Assembly (NCBI GenBank): GCA_963806225.1
Contig: CAWDXG010000004.1
Span: 416,001-480,000 of the forward strand
DNA from: an uncultured delta proteobacterium
GTDB lineage: Bacteria > Myxococcota_A > Polyangia > Polyangiales > Polyangiaceae
DNA length: 64,000 bases
Reading direction: 5' to 3'
Part shown: in pieces, positions 55,093-64,000 of the stretch
How the letters are laid out: every line of letters starts with the position of its first letter
Numbering within the stretch: position 1 is the stretch's first letter
Position numbers and translations under genes: made by a program
The notes under the pieces: generated by a model
The model's database searches: none
The model's input: the letters and a program-made list of their open reading frames with translations, nothing else
What the model was told of the DNA's origin: nothing

Positions 55093-56040
55093 ATGGCGAC
55101 CAGCAGCGAACCCGCGGCAAAGCCGAGCGTCCTGGTCGTCGACGACGATGCGCCGACCCGGCTCCTGATCACGCGCTGGATCGAGAAAGCCGGTTTCGAG
55201 GTGGTGCAGGCCGAGGATGGGCTCGGCGCGCTGCGACAACTCGAGAGCGAGCCGGCCCGCTTTGCCGTGATCGTGCTCGACGTGATGATGCCCGGGCTCG
55301 ACGGCTTCGAAGTGCTCTCCCGGATGAAGGAAAACCCGCTCATCGCCTCGGTTCCCGTGGTGCTCTTGACGGCCCACGCCAACGACGAGCACGACGTGGT
55401 ACGCGGGATCGAGTCCGGCGCCGTCTATCATCTGGAAAAGCCCTTCAGCGGTCCTGTTCTGGTGGGGCGCATCCGGTCGCTGTGGGAGCGCAGGCAGAAG
55501 GACCTGGAGCTCGCCGAGCAGCTCGCCGATGCGAAGGCCCTGGCGATGACCGATCAGCTGACGGCGCTGTCGAACCGGCGGGCCTTCGACGAGCAACTCG
55601 AGCGGGAAACAAGCTTCACCGCACGGCACAAGCAGCCGCTAGCACTGCTGCTCATCGACCTCGACCACTTCAAGTCGATCAACGACTTGTTCGGGCACCC
55701 GGCGGGTGACACCGTGCTTTCGTACTTCGCGGACCAGCTCCGAGCAACGCTCCGCCGATCGGACCACGCCTACCGCATCGGCGGAGAGGAATTCGCGGTG
55801 TTGCTCCGCGACACGGATTTCCAGCGGGCGCTGGCGGCCGCCGAGCGGCTGCGGCAGGCCCTCGCCGGTGCGCCCGTCGAACTGGACGGCGACCATCGCG
55901 TCGTGACTTTCAGCGCCGGCGTGGCGGCGGCGGACGGATCCAATGCGTTCGCAACCGCTCGCCTGCTCGAGCGCGCCGACGACGCGCTGTACCGGGCCAA
56001 GCGTGGGGGGCGCGACCGCACGGAACGGGAACCGGAGTGA
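55093..56040 (+). CDS. Response regulator diguanylate cyclase (REC-GGDEF)
   Basis: VVDDD, DVMMP, D.LT.L.NRR, DLDHFK.IND..GH..GD, RxxD I-site, GGEEF. Confidence 0.93.
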   Translation: MATSSEPAAKPSVLVVDDDAPTRLLITRWIEKAGFEVVQAEDGLGALRQLESEPARFAVIVLDVMMPGLDGFEVLSRMKENPLIASVPVVLLTAHANDEHDVVRGIESGAVYHLEKPFSGPVLVGRIRSLWERRQKDLELAEQLADAKALAMTDQLTALSNRRAFDEQLERETSFTARHKQPLALLLIDLDHFKSINDLFGHPAGDTVLSYFADQLRATLRRSDHAYRIGGEEFAVLLRDTDFQRALAAAERLRQALAGAPVELDGDHRVVTFSAGVAAADGSNAFATARLLERADDALYRAKRGGRDRTEREPE

Positions 56041-56103
56041 ACGCCGACGTGTCCGACGAGCCGGAGCTCGATACGACCCGACGAGGCTCCGGCCGACGCC
56101 ATC

Positions 56104-57075
56104 GTGCGCGTGTTCCGCGTCGCACCCGAACACGCGAAAATGCGTGTGGACGTCTTCCTGCAGTCGCAGCTCCGCAACACCAGCCGTACCCGTGCACGGG
56201 CGATCGTGGAACGGAGTGCTTTTTCGCCCGACGGTCGCCGGCTCAGGCCGAGCGAACGCCTCCACGCCGAGGATCGCGTCGTCTTGTGGCGGGCTCCGCT
56301 CGAAGAGGACGAGCCGAGCGGCGACATCCCGATCCTGTACGAGGACGACCACCTGCTGGTGGTCGACAAGCCGCCGCTGGTCACCGTCCACCCCACGGCG
56401 CGCTATCACAGAAGCACCCTCATCGAGCAGCTCAAACGCGACCGGCCGGGTGAATACCTGTCGCTCGTGCATCGCCTCGATCGCGAAACAAGCGGGATTG
56501 TGCTCGTAGCCCGGTCGCCTGAAGCCGATCGCGCATTCAAGCGTATCCTGGAGGACAGGTCCGTGGCGCTCGCCGACGAACGCGCGGGGCGACGCAGCGC
56601 TCCTCCGCTCGGCAAGACGTATCTCGCCATCACCTGGTCGGCGCCGCCCGCGGGCACGATCGACCTGCCGCTCGAGCCGGACGTGGACAATCCCCTGCGC
56701 GTCAAGATGCGCGTGGCGGAACCGGGCACGGGACTGGAAGCCCGCACGGGCGTGGAGGTGCTGGAGCGCCGAACAGGATACGCGCTGGTGCGTTGCGAGC
56801 TCTTCACCGGGCGGCAGCACCAGATCCGGGTGCACCTGGCCGCGCTGGGCTGCCCCGTGGTCGGCGACAAGCTCTACGGCCCGGACGAACGGATGCTTGC
56901 GCGCAGTGCCGACGGCGAGCTCCGTAAAGAAGACCTCGCGCGCCTGGAGCTGCCGAGACACGCCCTGCACGCGCACCGCTACCGGATCAAGCACGCCTTG
57001 TCGGGCCAGCAGCTCTTGCTGGAGTCGCCGCTGCCGGAGGATCTGGCGCGCTTCTGGGCGGAACGCGCGAGGTGA
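56104..57075 (+). CDS. RluA/RluD family pseudouridine synthase; true start may be GTG 56037 across an indel
   Basis: VVDKP, HRLDRETSG, TGRQHQIRVH, GDKLYG, LHA. Confidence 0.92.
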   Translation: MRVFRVAPEHAKMRVDVFLQSQLRNTSRTRARAIVERSAFSPDGRRLRPSERLHAEDRVVLWRAPLEEDEPSGDIPILYEDDHLLVVDKPPLVTVHPTARYHRSTLIEQLKRDRPGEYLSLVHRLDRETSGIVLVARSPEADRAFKRILEDRSVALADERAGRRSAPPLGKTYLAITWSAPPAGTIDLPLEPDVDNPLRVKMRVAEPGTGLEARTGVEVLERRTGYALVRCELFTGRQHQIRVHLAALGCPVVGDKLYGPDERMLARSADGELRKEDLARLELPRHALHAHRYRIKHALSGQQLLLESPLPEDLARFWAERAR

Positions 57076-57078
57076 GGT

Positions 57079-57612
57079 TCAGTCCGTGCCGGCGTCGCTC
57101 GCGCCGGCAGAGCCGCCCGTGCCGGCAGAGCCGCCCGTGCCGCCCGTGCCGCCGGAGCCGCCCGTGCCGCCGGAGCCGCCCGTGCCGCCGGAGCCGCCCG
57201 TGCCGCCGGAGCCGATGCCGCCATCCGGACAACCCGCCGGCGCGGTGCCGGTCAGAGCCGTCACGATGCAGGGACTGCTCTTGAAATCGCTGCAGCTCGT
57301 GTACTTGCCGATGAAGTCCGCACAGGCCGCGATGCTGCCCTGGTCGTACTGCAGGCACGTCTCGGCGCCCGCCGGGCGGATGTAGTCCGGACACGAGTAC
57401 GACGCGGCACCGCAGTGGAGCCTGTTCGAAGCCTTCGAGAGCGCCGCGGTGTAGTCCTTGCAGGCCTTCGCTTCGGAGACCGCCTGGCCGTCGCCTTTGG
57501 GTTGGAAGGCGCCCGGAGGCGCAGCGACGACATCGCCGGTGTCCGGCGAAGTAGTGCAGGCTCCGGCAACCAGACAGGCCGCGACGAGCACCCAGCGAGC
57601 GGGACGGATCAT
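57079..57612 (-). CDS. Cys-rich lipoprotein with C-terminal Gly-rich repeats
   Basis: Lipobox AGAC, multiple Cys, GGTGGS repeats. Confidence 0.78.
   Translation of the reverse strand: MIRPARWVLVAACLVAGACTTSPDTGDVVAAPPGAFQPKGDGQAVSEAKACKDYTAALSKASNRLHCGAASYSCPDYIRPAGAETCLQYDQGSIAACADFIGKYTSCSDFKSSPCIVTALTGTAPAGCPDGGIGSGGTGGSGGTGGSGGTGGSGGTGGTGGSAGTGGSAGASDAGTD
57103..57214. repeat. Coding 18-bp tandem repeat (GGTGGS)
   Basis: gccgccggagccgcccgt units. Confidence 0.9.
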
Positions 57613-57748
57613 GCGGAACAGTTCCTCCACGACACTGCCGGCATCCTAACCTCCCGCTCCCGCGCTCTGCACGCCCATTTTCGCGAAGTCGACCCACCCC
57701 CGGGGTCCCTGGTTGACGGCGCTCCCGGCAGGCGATACGCGCCTTTGC

Positions 57749-58342
57749 ATGCCGATCCGCCGCGCTCTGCTCTCCGTATCCGACAAGACCGGGCTCGTCG
57801 AGTTCGCCAGGGCGCTCGCTTCGCACGAGGTGGCGCTGCTGTCGACCGGCGGCACCTACCGCGCCCTCGCGGACGCCGGCATACCCGTCGAGACGGTGGA
57901 GAGCTACACCGGCTCGCCAGAGGTCATGAACGGGCGCGTCAAGACGCTGCACCCGAAGGTCCACGGCGCCCTCCTGGCTCGTAAAGGCGTCGACGACAAG
58001 GACCTCGAACGCATCGGCGCGCAGCCCATCGATCTGGTGGTCGTCAACCTCTACCCCTTCGAACAGACGCTGGCGCGCGGCGACGCGAGCTTCGACGACC
58101 TGATCGAGAACATCGATATCGGCGGTCCCAGCATGCTGCGCTCCGCCGCGAAGAACCACGCGCGCGTCACGGTCGTCTGCGATCCCGCCGACTACGCCGA
58201 TGTGCTCGACGAGATCGCGCAGCAGGGCGGAGTCAGCTCCGGCACCCGGCGGCGCCTCGCCGCGAAGGTCTTCGCGCGCACCGCGGCGTACGATACCGCC
58301 ATCGCAACCTGGCTCGGCTCGGTGGTCGCAAAGGGCGCATAG
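57749..58342 (+). CDS. purH: Stand-alone IMP cyclohydrolase (PurH N-terminal MGS-like domain only)
   Basis: [49 protein letters not shown], then a stop; no transformylase domain follows. Confidence 0.85.
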   Translation: MPIRRALLSVSDKTGLVEFARALASHEVALLSTGGTYRALADAGIPVETVESYTGSPEVMNGRVKTLHPKVHGALLARKGVDDKDLERIGAQPIDLVVVNLYPFEQTLARGDASFDDLIENIDIGGPSMLRSAAKNHARVTVVCDPADYADVLDEIAQQGGVSSGTRRRLAAKVFARTAAYDTAIATWLGSVVAKGA

Positions 58343-58491
58343 CCCGCCCTGGACGCCAACTGCCGTCGTTTCCGCGAGGCGCGCTCCGGGCGCCTGCGCC
58401 AGGGGTGCAGGAACTTGGCCCTCCCGCTCGGCCCGTGCCATGCGGGAGGGGCGCGCTTCGATAACCACTTCCGGGGCGCGCGGACGGTGGC

Positions 58492-59763
58492 ATGAGCGCG
58501 ACAACGGAAAGCTGCACCATCTGCGGGACCGGTTTCGAGGTCCACTTCAGCTATCAAGCCGAAGAGCGCGTCGAACGCGACGAGCACGGCCATCTCCAGG
58601 CCCGTTCGATGTACTTCTGCTCGCAGCGCTGCCTGGAGAAGAGCCACGAGGGCGGACGCGACGGCACCGTGAGCTGCGATGCGTGCCGGGCGGCCTTCCG
58701 CGTCGTGCTCGCATCGCAGGTCGTGTTCACGCGCGGACGCCGGCGCTACGCCTGCTCGCCCGGGTGCCGGAGCCGCATCCTCGCCGGAGCCGACACTGCG
58801 CGCCTCGGCAGCGCGTTCGCGCCCGACGCCCCCGAAGCGCAGCCCGAGGCCGGGATGCCGGCGGTGCTCGACCCGGATCGCGCCACGCGGCCGCCCCCGG
58901 CACAAGCCCGGGCGACCGCCGCCGTCACCTCGATCGGCGCGCGGCGCAGGCCTGAGCCCGCGGGCGAGACGCCGCAGGTCCTGGCTGTCTTCAACCACAA
59001 GGGCGGCACGGGCAAGACCACCACTGCGGTCACACTGGCGGCAGGACTCGCTTCCCGAGGACGCAGCGTGCTGCTGGTCGACACCGACGGCCAGGGCAAC
59101 GTCGCCGCTTCGCTGGGGCTCGAGAGCGACCGTTCGCTCTACCACGTGCTGGTCATGGGCCTGCCATTCGGCGACGCCGTACAGAGCGCCCTGCCCGGCC
59201 TCGATGTGCTACCGGCCAACGAGACACTGGCTGCCGCGGAGCTCTACCTCGCGGGCCGGAAGAACCGTGACCGCGTGCTGTCTTCCCGGCTCGACGACGC
59301 TCGCGGAGCCTACGATCACATCGTCGTCGACTGCTCGCCGAGCCTGTCGTTGATGAACCAGAACGCGCTGGTCTTCGCCGATGCCGTGTTGTGCCCGGTC
59401 GCCTGCGACTACCTCTCGCTGATGGGCGTGCGCCAGGTACTCCGGACGATCAAACAGGTCAACAAGCTCCTGTCGCGCCCGGTCCGGCTCTGGGGCGTGC
59501 TTCCCACGTTGTTCGACGCACGCGCGCGCATCTGTCACGAGGCGCTCGACACCCTGAAGGAGCACTTCGGCGAGCGTTGCTTTTCGCCGATACACATGGC
59601 GATCAAGGTCAAGGAAGCGCCTTCACAAGGCAAAACGCTGCTCGACTACGCGCCGGGCTCCACCGCGGCATGCGACTACCTCGAGGTCGTCGATGCGCTG
59701 ATTCCAGAACACGGCGCGGGCAGGCAGCCCGCGCTAGCGGCGACTGCAGGAGGTATCGGGTGA
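58492..59763 (+). CDS. ParA/MinD family ATPase with two N-terminal TRASH/YHS-like Cys modules
   Basis: CTIC...YFCSQRC and CDAC...YACSPGC; KGGTGKTT, DTDGQGN, VVDCSPS, EAPS.G. Confidence 0.9.
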   Translation: MSATTESCTICGTGFEVHFSYQAEERVERDEHGHLQARSMYFCSQRCLEKSHEGGRDGTVSCDACRAAFRVVLASQVVFTRGRRRYACSPGCRSRILAGADTARLGSAFAPDAPEAQPEAGMPAVLDPDRATRPPPAQARATAAVTSIGARRRPEPAGETPQVLAVFNHKGGTGKTTTAVTLAAGLASRGRSVLLVDTDGQGNVAASLGLESDRSLYHVLVMGLPFGDAVQSALPGLDVLPANETLAAAELYLAGRKNRDRVLSSRLDDARGAYDHIVVDCSPSLSLMNQNALVFADAVLCPVACDYLSLMGVRQVLRTIKQVNKLLSRPVRLWGVLPTLFDARARICHEALDTLKEHFGERCFSPIHMAIKVKEAPSQGKTLLDYAPGSTAACDYLEVVDALIPEHGAGRQPALAATAGGIG

Positions 59764-60071
59764 GCAATCGGGACGACTTCAGACAGGCTGCGGCCAGGAT
59801 CCTCGACCCCGACGAGGTCGAGGGAGTGCTGTCCAACAACTTCTACTCGGCCAACGACCCGCCCCGACCGGTCACTCCGGTCCCCGCCGCGCCGAAGAAG
59901 CCGACGCACTACAAGGTCATCTGCATCTCCATGTACACCGCCGACCTCGAACGCCTCGACCGGATGGTCGATACGCTGAAGGCCCGGGGGCTCACGAAAG
60001 CGAACCGCAGCGCTCTGATCCGGTTTGCGCTCGGCGAAGTCGATCTGGATCGCGTGCCTCGGGGGATGTAG
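59760..60071 (+). CDS. Small putative ribbon-helix-helix DNA-binding protein
   Basis: GTGA coupling to ParA; YKVICISM strand, then helix DLERLDRMVDTL and NRSALIRFAL. Confidence 0.75.
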   Translation: MSNRDDFRQAAARILDPDEVEGVLSNNFYSANDPPRPVTPVPAAPKKPTHYKVICISMYTADLERLDRMVDTLKARGLTKANRSALIRFALGEVDLDRVPRGM

Positions 60072-60122
60072 GCCGGACAATCGCTTGCCGCCCACGCGCA
60101 GCCGACGCAGCATGCGCGCGGG

Positions 60123-61202
60123 ATGGCAGCCGTCAGCTACAGAAACCACCGATCCGACCCCAGCGCCTGGGCCGCGGAGCTCGGCATCTCGAAGGAGGCG
60201 GTCGAGCTGTACCTCGACAGCGACGTGATCGACCTTCACATCGACTCGTTCATCTGGAACCGGATCTTCGGCTACGACCTCGAGCGGCGCCACGGGCGCG
60301 GGCTACTGGGCGGCCGCGTCTACAGCCAGGTCGATTTCCCGCGTATTCTCGAAGCCGGCCTGAGCGGTGCCATCTGGGTGATCACGACCAATCCGCTCAG
60401 AAGCTCCGCCGGCCGGGCCCGCGCGTTCGTGAAGAATATCGCACGGCTCCGCGCCCTGTTCGCTGCCGTGCCCGATCAGTTCGAGCTGGTCACGAACGTC
60501 GCCGGCTACCGCGCAGCGCGCGCCGCGGGGCGACATGCCGCGTTCGTCGGCATCCAGGGTGGCAACGCCCTCGACCGCGATCTGGAAGCGCTGGATCTGA
60601 TCCCCGACCATCTCATCCTGCGCATCACGCTGGTGCACCTCACCTCGTCGAAAATCGGCTGCACCAGCTCGCCGATGCGACTGGGAGAGGACACGGGGCT
60701 CACCGATTTCGGCCGGGACTACGTGCGTCGCCTGGACGAAAAGAAGATCTTCGTGGACCTCGCCCACATCAGCAAACGCGGCTTCTGGGACGCGGTCTCG
60801 GAGCATGACCGCTCCCTGCCGCTCATCGTGACGCACACGGGCGTGTCCGGGGTGTACGAGCACTGGCGCAATCTGGATGACGATCAGCTCCGGGCGATCG
60901 CCGACACGGGCGGCACCATCGGCGTGATGTACCAGGCGAGCTTCCTCGGCGCCGGCAAGCAGGGCGACACCCCGGAGGCGGTCGTCCGCCACCTCCAGCA
61001 CATCGTCGACACGGTCGGAGAGGATCACGCTTCGCTCGGTAGCGACTGGGATGGCGCGATCACCCCGCCGCGCGAGCTCCGGAGCTGCGTCGAGCTTCCG
61101 AGGCTGGTCCAGCTGATGCTCGATCGCGGCTGGAAGCCCGGGCGTGTGAAGAAAGTACTCGCCCTGAACGCCCTCGGCACGATCGAGCTGATGCGAGGCT
61201 AG
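60123..61202 (+). CDS. Membrane dipeptidase (peptidase M19)
   Basis: IDLHID, TLVH, GLTDFG, VDLAH, THTG, RNLDD, GSDWDG. Confidence 0.88.
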   Translation: MAAVSYRNHRSDPSAWAAELGISKEAVELYLDSDVIDLHIDSFIWNRIFGYDLERRHGRGLLGGRVYSQVDFPRILEAGLSGAIWVITTNPLRSSAGRARAFVKNIARLRALFAAVPDQFELVTNVAGYRAARAAGRHAAFVGIQGGNALDRDLEALDLIPDHLILRITLVHLTSSKIGCTSSPMRLGEDTGLTDFGRDYVRRLDEKKIFVDLAHISKRGFWDAVSEHDRSLPLIVTHTGVSGVYEHWRNLDDDQLRAIADTGGTIGVMYQASFLGAGKQGDTPEAVVRHLQHIVDTVGEDHASLGSDWDGAITPPRELRSCVELPRLVQLMLDRGWKPGRVKKVLALNALGTIELMRG

Positions 61203-61209
61203 ACCGGCC

Positions 61210-61893
61210 TCAGGCGTCGAGCTGATCGAAATCGAGTGCCGCGTCGAGCGCGCTGGCATCCGGAGCGGCGCCCGACTCGTCCTCGATCTCGCTTTCCTCT
61301 TCTTCTTCCTCTATCCCGAGCTCCGACTTCGACAGCTGCGGCAGACGCCGCTTGCCGACCGGGCCCTCGTCCACGTAGTCGCGCAGCGCCAGCATGTCGC
61401 GCAACGCCTCGAGCTTGGCCAGGGCCTTGACCTCCACCTGGCGGATACGTTCACGGGTCAAGTTCATGATCGCTCCAACGTCTTCCAGGGTCGTGCCGCC
61501 GCGGTCAGCCACGTCGAGCGCGCAGGATTCACCCATCTCCCAGACCTCCAGATCCGGGAAGTTCAGCTTGATAGCGCCCGTGCGCGGCGAGACATCGATG
61601 TACAGGTGGTACCTGCACGAGACGAACGGACAGGGTCGAGGTCCGTCGGCGCATTCCGCACGCGTCTTCGGCTTCCAATAGTCCGTTTCGGGGTAGAGCA
61701 GCCGCCCGAATTCGAGCTCGCGCTTCGTCATGCGCTTGACGCTGATGGTGCGTGCGCGCACCTCGCGCTTGCGCCTCGAGCGACGCTGCTCCCTGGTGAT
61801 CGGTTGGGCGTCCAGAGCCGTCGCCCCCTCGGTCTCCAGCCGAACTTCCTGTCCAGGTACCTCTTCCGCCGTGCTCTGCTTCTTCGAGTCCAT
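61210..61893 (-). CDS. Sigma70 region-4-like HTH protein with Cys/His cluster and no region 2
   Basis: C......CPFVSC.YHL...SC, then [23 protein letters not shown], then an acidic tail. Confidence 0.85.
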   Translation of the reverse strand: MDSKKQSTAEEVPGQEVRLETEGATALDAQPITREQRRSRRKREVRARTISVKRMTKRELEFGRLLYPETDYWKPKTRAECADGPRPCPFVSCRYHLYIDVSPRTGAIKLNFPDLEVWEMGESCALDVADRGGTTLEDVGAIMNLTRERIRQVEVKALAKLEALRDMLALRDYVDEGPVGKRRLPQLSKSELGIEEEEEESEIEDESGAAPDASALDAALDFDQLDA

Positions 61894-62135
61894 GCGCTGC
61901 CTCCGATTTTCGCCTTGCTCTGCCTGCACACGCACGATCCCTGTCGCGTCCGGGGTCCTGCCCCGAGCACGTCGGTACCGCCTGCTTTCCGTCCAGCGCC
62001 CGATTACTCGCCGAGCTGTCCAGCGACGACCTGGGCCGTCGCCTTTCGCTGTATTCGACAAGGTCTCAGGTCAGCTGCAATCTCCCCACGTCCAGCCGGC
62101 TTTCCGCCGGTTGATTCGAGCGAGCGCCGATCAGG

Positions 62136-62651
62136 TCACGAAGCCGCGACATGTTCGATCCTCGCCCGGGATGTAAGCCGGGTTTCAATGGCCACGAGTC
62201 GGGCCAGAAGGTCCTTGCTGAGCGTCCGGGCATCGCCGATCTCGCGGGCCACGGCTTCCGCCGTCGCCTCGCGGCGGCGTTCCTTCGCCACCTGGTCGAG
62301 CTTCCTGAAGATGCTGTCCAGGGTCTGCTCCAGCTGCTGCAGGTCGCTGCGCATGAACAGGAACTGGCGCTGGATCTGATCGATGGTGTAGCTCTCCGCC
62401 ATCATCTGCTTGATACGGAGGATCTGCCGCACGACGCCGACCGGGTAGACACCCTGCGACCCGCGATGCTTGCCCTTGCGCCCGACCCGCACGCTGCGCG
62501 GCAGGAGACCGAGCTGCACGTACTTGCGGAGCGTCGCCTCGGACAGGGCGATATCGTGGGTGGCGAACACGTCGAGGATTTCGGCCGAGGTCAGACCGGC
62601 TGCGTGCTTCTTCTCGATCCGCGCCAGCGTTGCCTCGTTGATGCCGCTCAT
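62136..62651 (-). CDS. MerR-like HTH DNA-binding protein
   Basis: LSEATLRKYVQLGLLP, wing GRKGKHRGSQGVY, IK..MA.SYTI..I, C-terminal coiled coil. Confidence 0.8.
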   Translation of the reverse strand: MSGINEATLARIEKKHAAGLTSAEILDVFATHDIALSEATLRKYVQLGLLPRSVRVGRKGKHRGSQGVYPVGVVRQILRIKQMMAESYTIDQIQRQFLFMRSDLQQLEQTLDSIFRKLDQVAKERRREATAEAVAREIGDARTLSKDLLARLVAIETRLTSRARIEHVAAS

Positions 62652-62713
62652 GTCCGTTCTCTCTACCTGCCGTCCCGGGAAGCCGAGTGCGCCCCGTCGA
62701 CGCACGTGAATAT

Positions 62714-62877
62714 ATTCTACTGAGTGGATCGCTCGAAGAACTTTCCGGGCGAAATTTTGCAGCATGGACGCAAGTAGCTCCATGGACGCTGGAAGATCAC
62801 GAGAGTAGGACATTTCCTGTCACATCTAATGGAATGTCCATGGAGCTGATGAACCGTCCATGCACACATGGAACTAC
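62714..62877 (-). promoter_or_regulatory. AT-richer regulatory region with -10-like TAGAAT and nested inverted CATGGA boxes
   Basis: TAGAAT at 62719-62714 (minus strand); 12-bp and 9-bp perfect inverted repeats within 62762-62863. Confidence 0.6.
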
Positions 62878-62976
62878 ATTGTTTCCGCTGCTTCGTAGCC
62901 CTGACGGCGCGGCGCGGCGCAAGCTCCGTCCCGCGCCTTCGGCGATCCCCGCGTCATGAACTTGACGCGGCGCGGG

Positions 62977-63939
62977 TTACGAACCGACCACAGCGGCCGG
63001 CGACGCCTCCAGCGCTGGCCGCGCGCGCCTGACGCCCGGGCCACTGGCGGCCCGTACCGCGCGCCGGAGCTCGTCCGTGGCGGCCTGCTCGCTGCAGGAC
63101 GCGGCGAACAGCCTCGCCGCAACGTCCGCACTGGCAGGACGCGCCTCGCGGTCATGGGAGAGCAACCGTTCGACGACGTGCACCAACCTGGTCGGCGCTC
63201 CGGGTACGAGCGCGGCGAGTGGAAGCCGGTCGTCGTTGGCGATCGCGCCGAGCGGCGAGCTGCCTGGGCGCCCCTGAAACGGCCGCCGCCCGCCGAGCAG
63301 CTCGTAGAGCACGATCCCCAGCGCGAACAGGTCGCTCCGGACGTCGAGACGCTCGCCACGGAGCTGTTCGGGCGAGACGTAGGCCATCTTGCCCTTGACC
63401 AGGCCGGTACGCGTCCAGCGCTCGCGATCAAACGCCCGGGCGACGCCGAAATCGGCCAACTTGACCTCGCCCTCGCACGATATCAGCACGTTGTGCGGGG
63501 TCACGTCCCGATGAACCAGACCGCCCTCTACCGCCCGCTGCGCCGCGGCCAGCGCCCTGCAGACGCGCACGCCGATGGCAGCGGCGACCTGGGAAGACAG
63601 CGCCTCGTCGCGACGCCCGAGCGCGACCGTCAGCGCCCTGAGGTCGAGCCCGCGCACCAGCTCCAGCACGAGGAAGACGCCGCCGGAGCGTTCCTCCAAC
63701 ACGTCGAGCAGGGAGACGACGTTGGCGTGGCGGACGCGCGCCAGAATCCTGGCTTCCTCCAGCAGAGCGCGGCGCTGGACGGGCTCCAGACGCCCGATGG
63801 GTCGCTTCACGCAGACCTCCTGCGCCACGAGACCGGCATCGCGGCGTGCCCGCCACGTCTCGCACGCTCCACCGCGCCCGAGGCGCGACAGGAGCACGTA
63901 GCGTTCGGCCCGGTCGGCCACCTCGAGCTCCCGCAGCAT
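62977..63939 (-). CDS. Ser/Thr protein kinase (cytoplasmic)
   Basis: LGRGG, VCVK, HRDVTPHN, KLADFG, YVSPE, SDLFALG. Confidence 0.92.
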   Translation of the reverse strand: MLRELEVADRAERYVLLSRLGRGGACETWRARRDAGLVAQEVCVKRPIGRLEPVQRRALLEEARILARVRHANVVSLLDVLEERSGGVFLVLELVRGLDLRALTVALGRRDEALSSQVAAAIGVRVCRALAAAQRAVEGGLVHRDVTPHNVLISCEGEVKLADFGVARAFDRERWTRTGLVKGKMAYVSPEQLRGERLDVRSDLFALGIVLYELLGGRRPFQGRPGSSPLGAIANDDRLPLAALVPGAPTRLVHVVERLLSHDREARPASADVAARLFAASCSEQAATDELRRAVRAASGPGVRRARPALEASPAAVVGS

Positions 63940-64000
63940 GACCCCTGCTCGGTCACCGACCGGCCCGGTTGCGGTTTCGATCGCGGGGCGCGAAAATCGC

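Noticed and set aside
52184..55120. 978-aa minus-strand ORF and similar long Arg-rich ORFs (5886..8474, 24580..26934, 14938..17295)
   Set aside because: High-GC shadow frames overlapping well-supported genes, except the part of 14938..17295 that encodes the phosphoesterase N-terminus
57640..57748. ZMP/ZTP riboswitch upstream of the purH domain
   Set aside because: The conserved GACUGGCG...GUGGG and CGCCUGGGC elements are not present; the gap is short and shared with a divergent gene
58492..60071. Integrated plasmid or prophage implied by ParA-RHH
   Set aside because: No integrase, rep, att repeats or compositional shift; flanks are housekeeping genes

Overview
Very GC-rich chromosomal window, most consistent with a myxobacterium (Myxococcota, Polyangia-like). 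Supporting signals are an MglA-type GTPase, a giant TPR protein, Ser/Thr kinases with PEGA domains, a DnaK paralogue with its own J-TPR protein, and many Cys-rich/Gly-rich lipoproteins. Contents in order: a giant TPR gene running off the left edge; a histidine-utilisation cluster (hutG, hutU, hutI) split by two lipoprotein genes; a GST-Xi; a GMC oxidoreductase pair; a phosphoesterase; pyrC-carA-rimO; a phosphodiester-glycosidase-like protein; a kinase-PEGA protein; a type IV pilin locus (PilR-type activator, three canonical pilins plus one degenerate pilin, two sigma54 promoters, two GT-C-like membrane proteins including a TMTC-like enzyme, and a PilG/XapA-like protein); an ALDH; an MglA-like GTPase with a long tail and a rhomboid; an ECF sigma operon leading to an LpxL-like acyltransferase, J-TPR, dnaK and an M1 peptidase; a motif-degenerate glycogen synthase; argB, a diguanylate cyclase and an RluA; a stand-alone PurH IMP-cyclohydrolase domain; a zinc-finger ParA plus a ribbon-helix-helix protein; a dipeptidase; two orphan DNA-binding proteins behind a nested palindromic CATGGA-box array; and a second kinase. 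Many single-base indels cluster at about 4.2-5.7 kb and 15.7-19.9 kb, with others at about 24.9, 34.2 and 56.1 kb. They look like assembly errors rather than pseudogenes. No rRNA, tRNA, CRISPR array or IS element was recognised. All calls come from motif recognition by eye; no searches were run.
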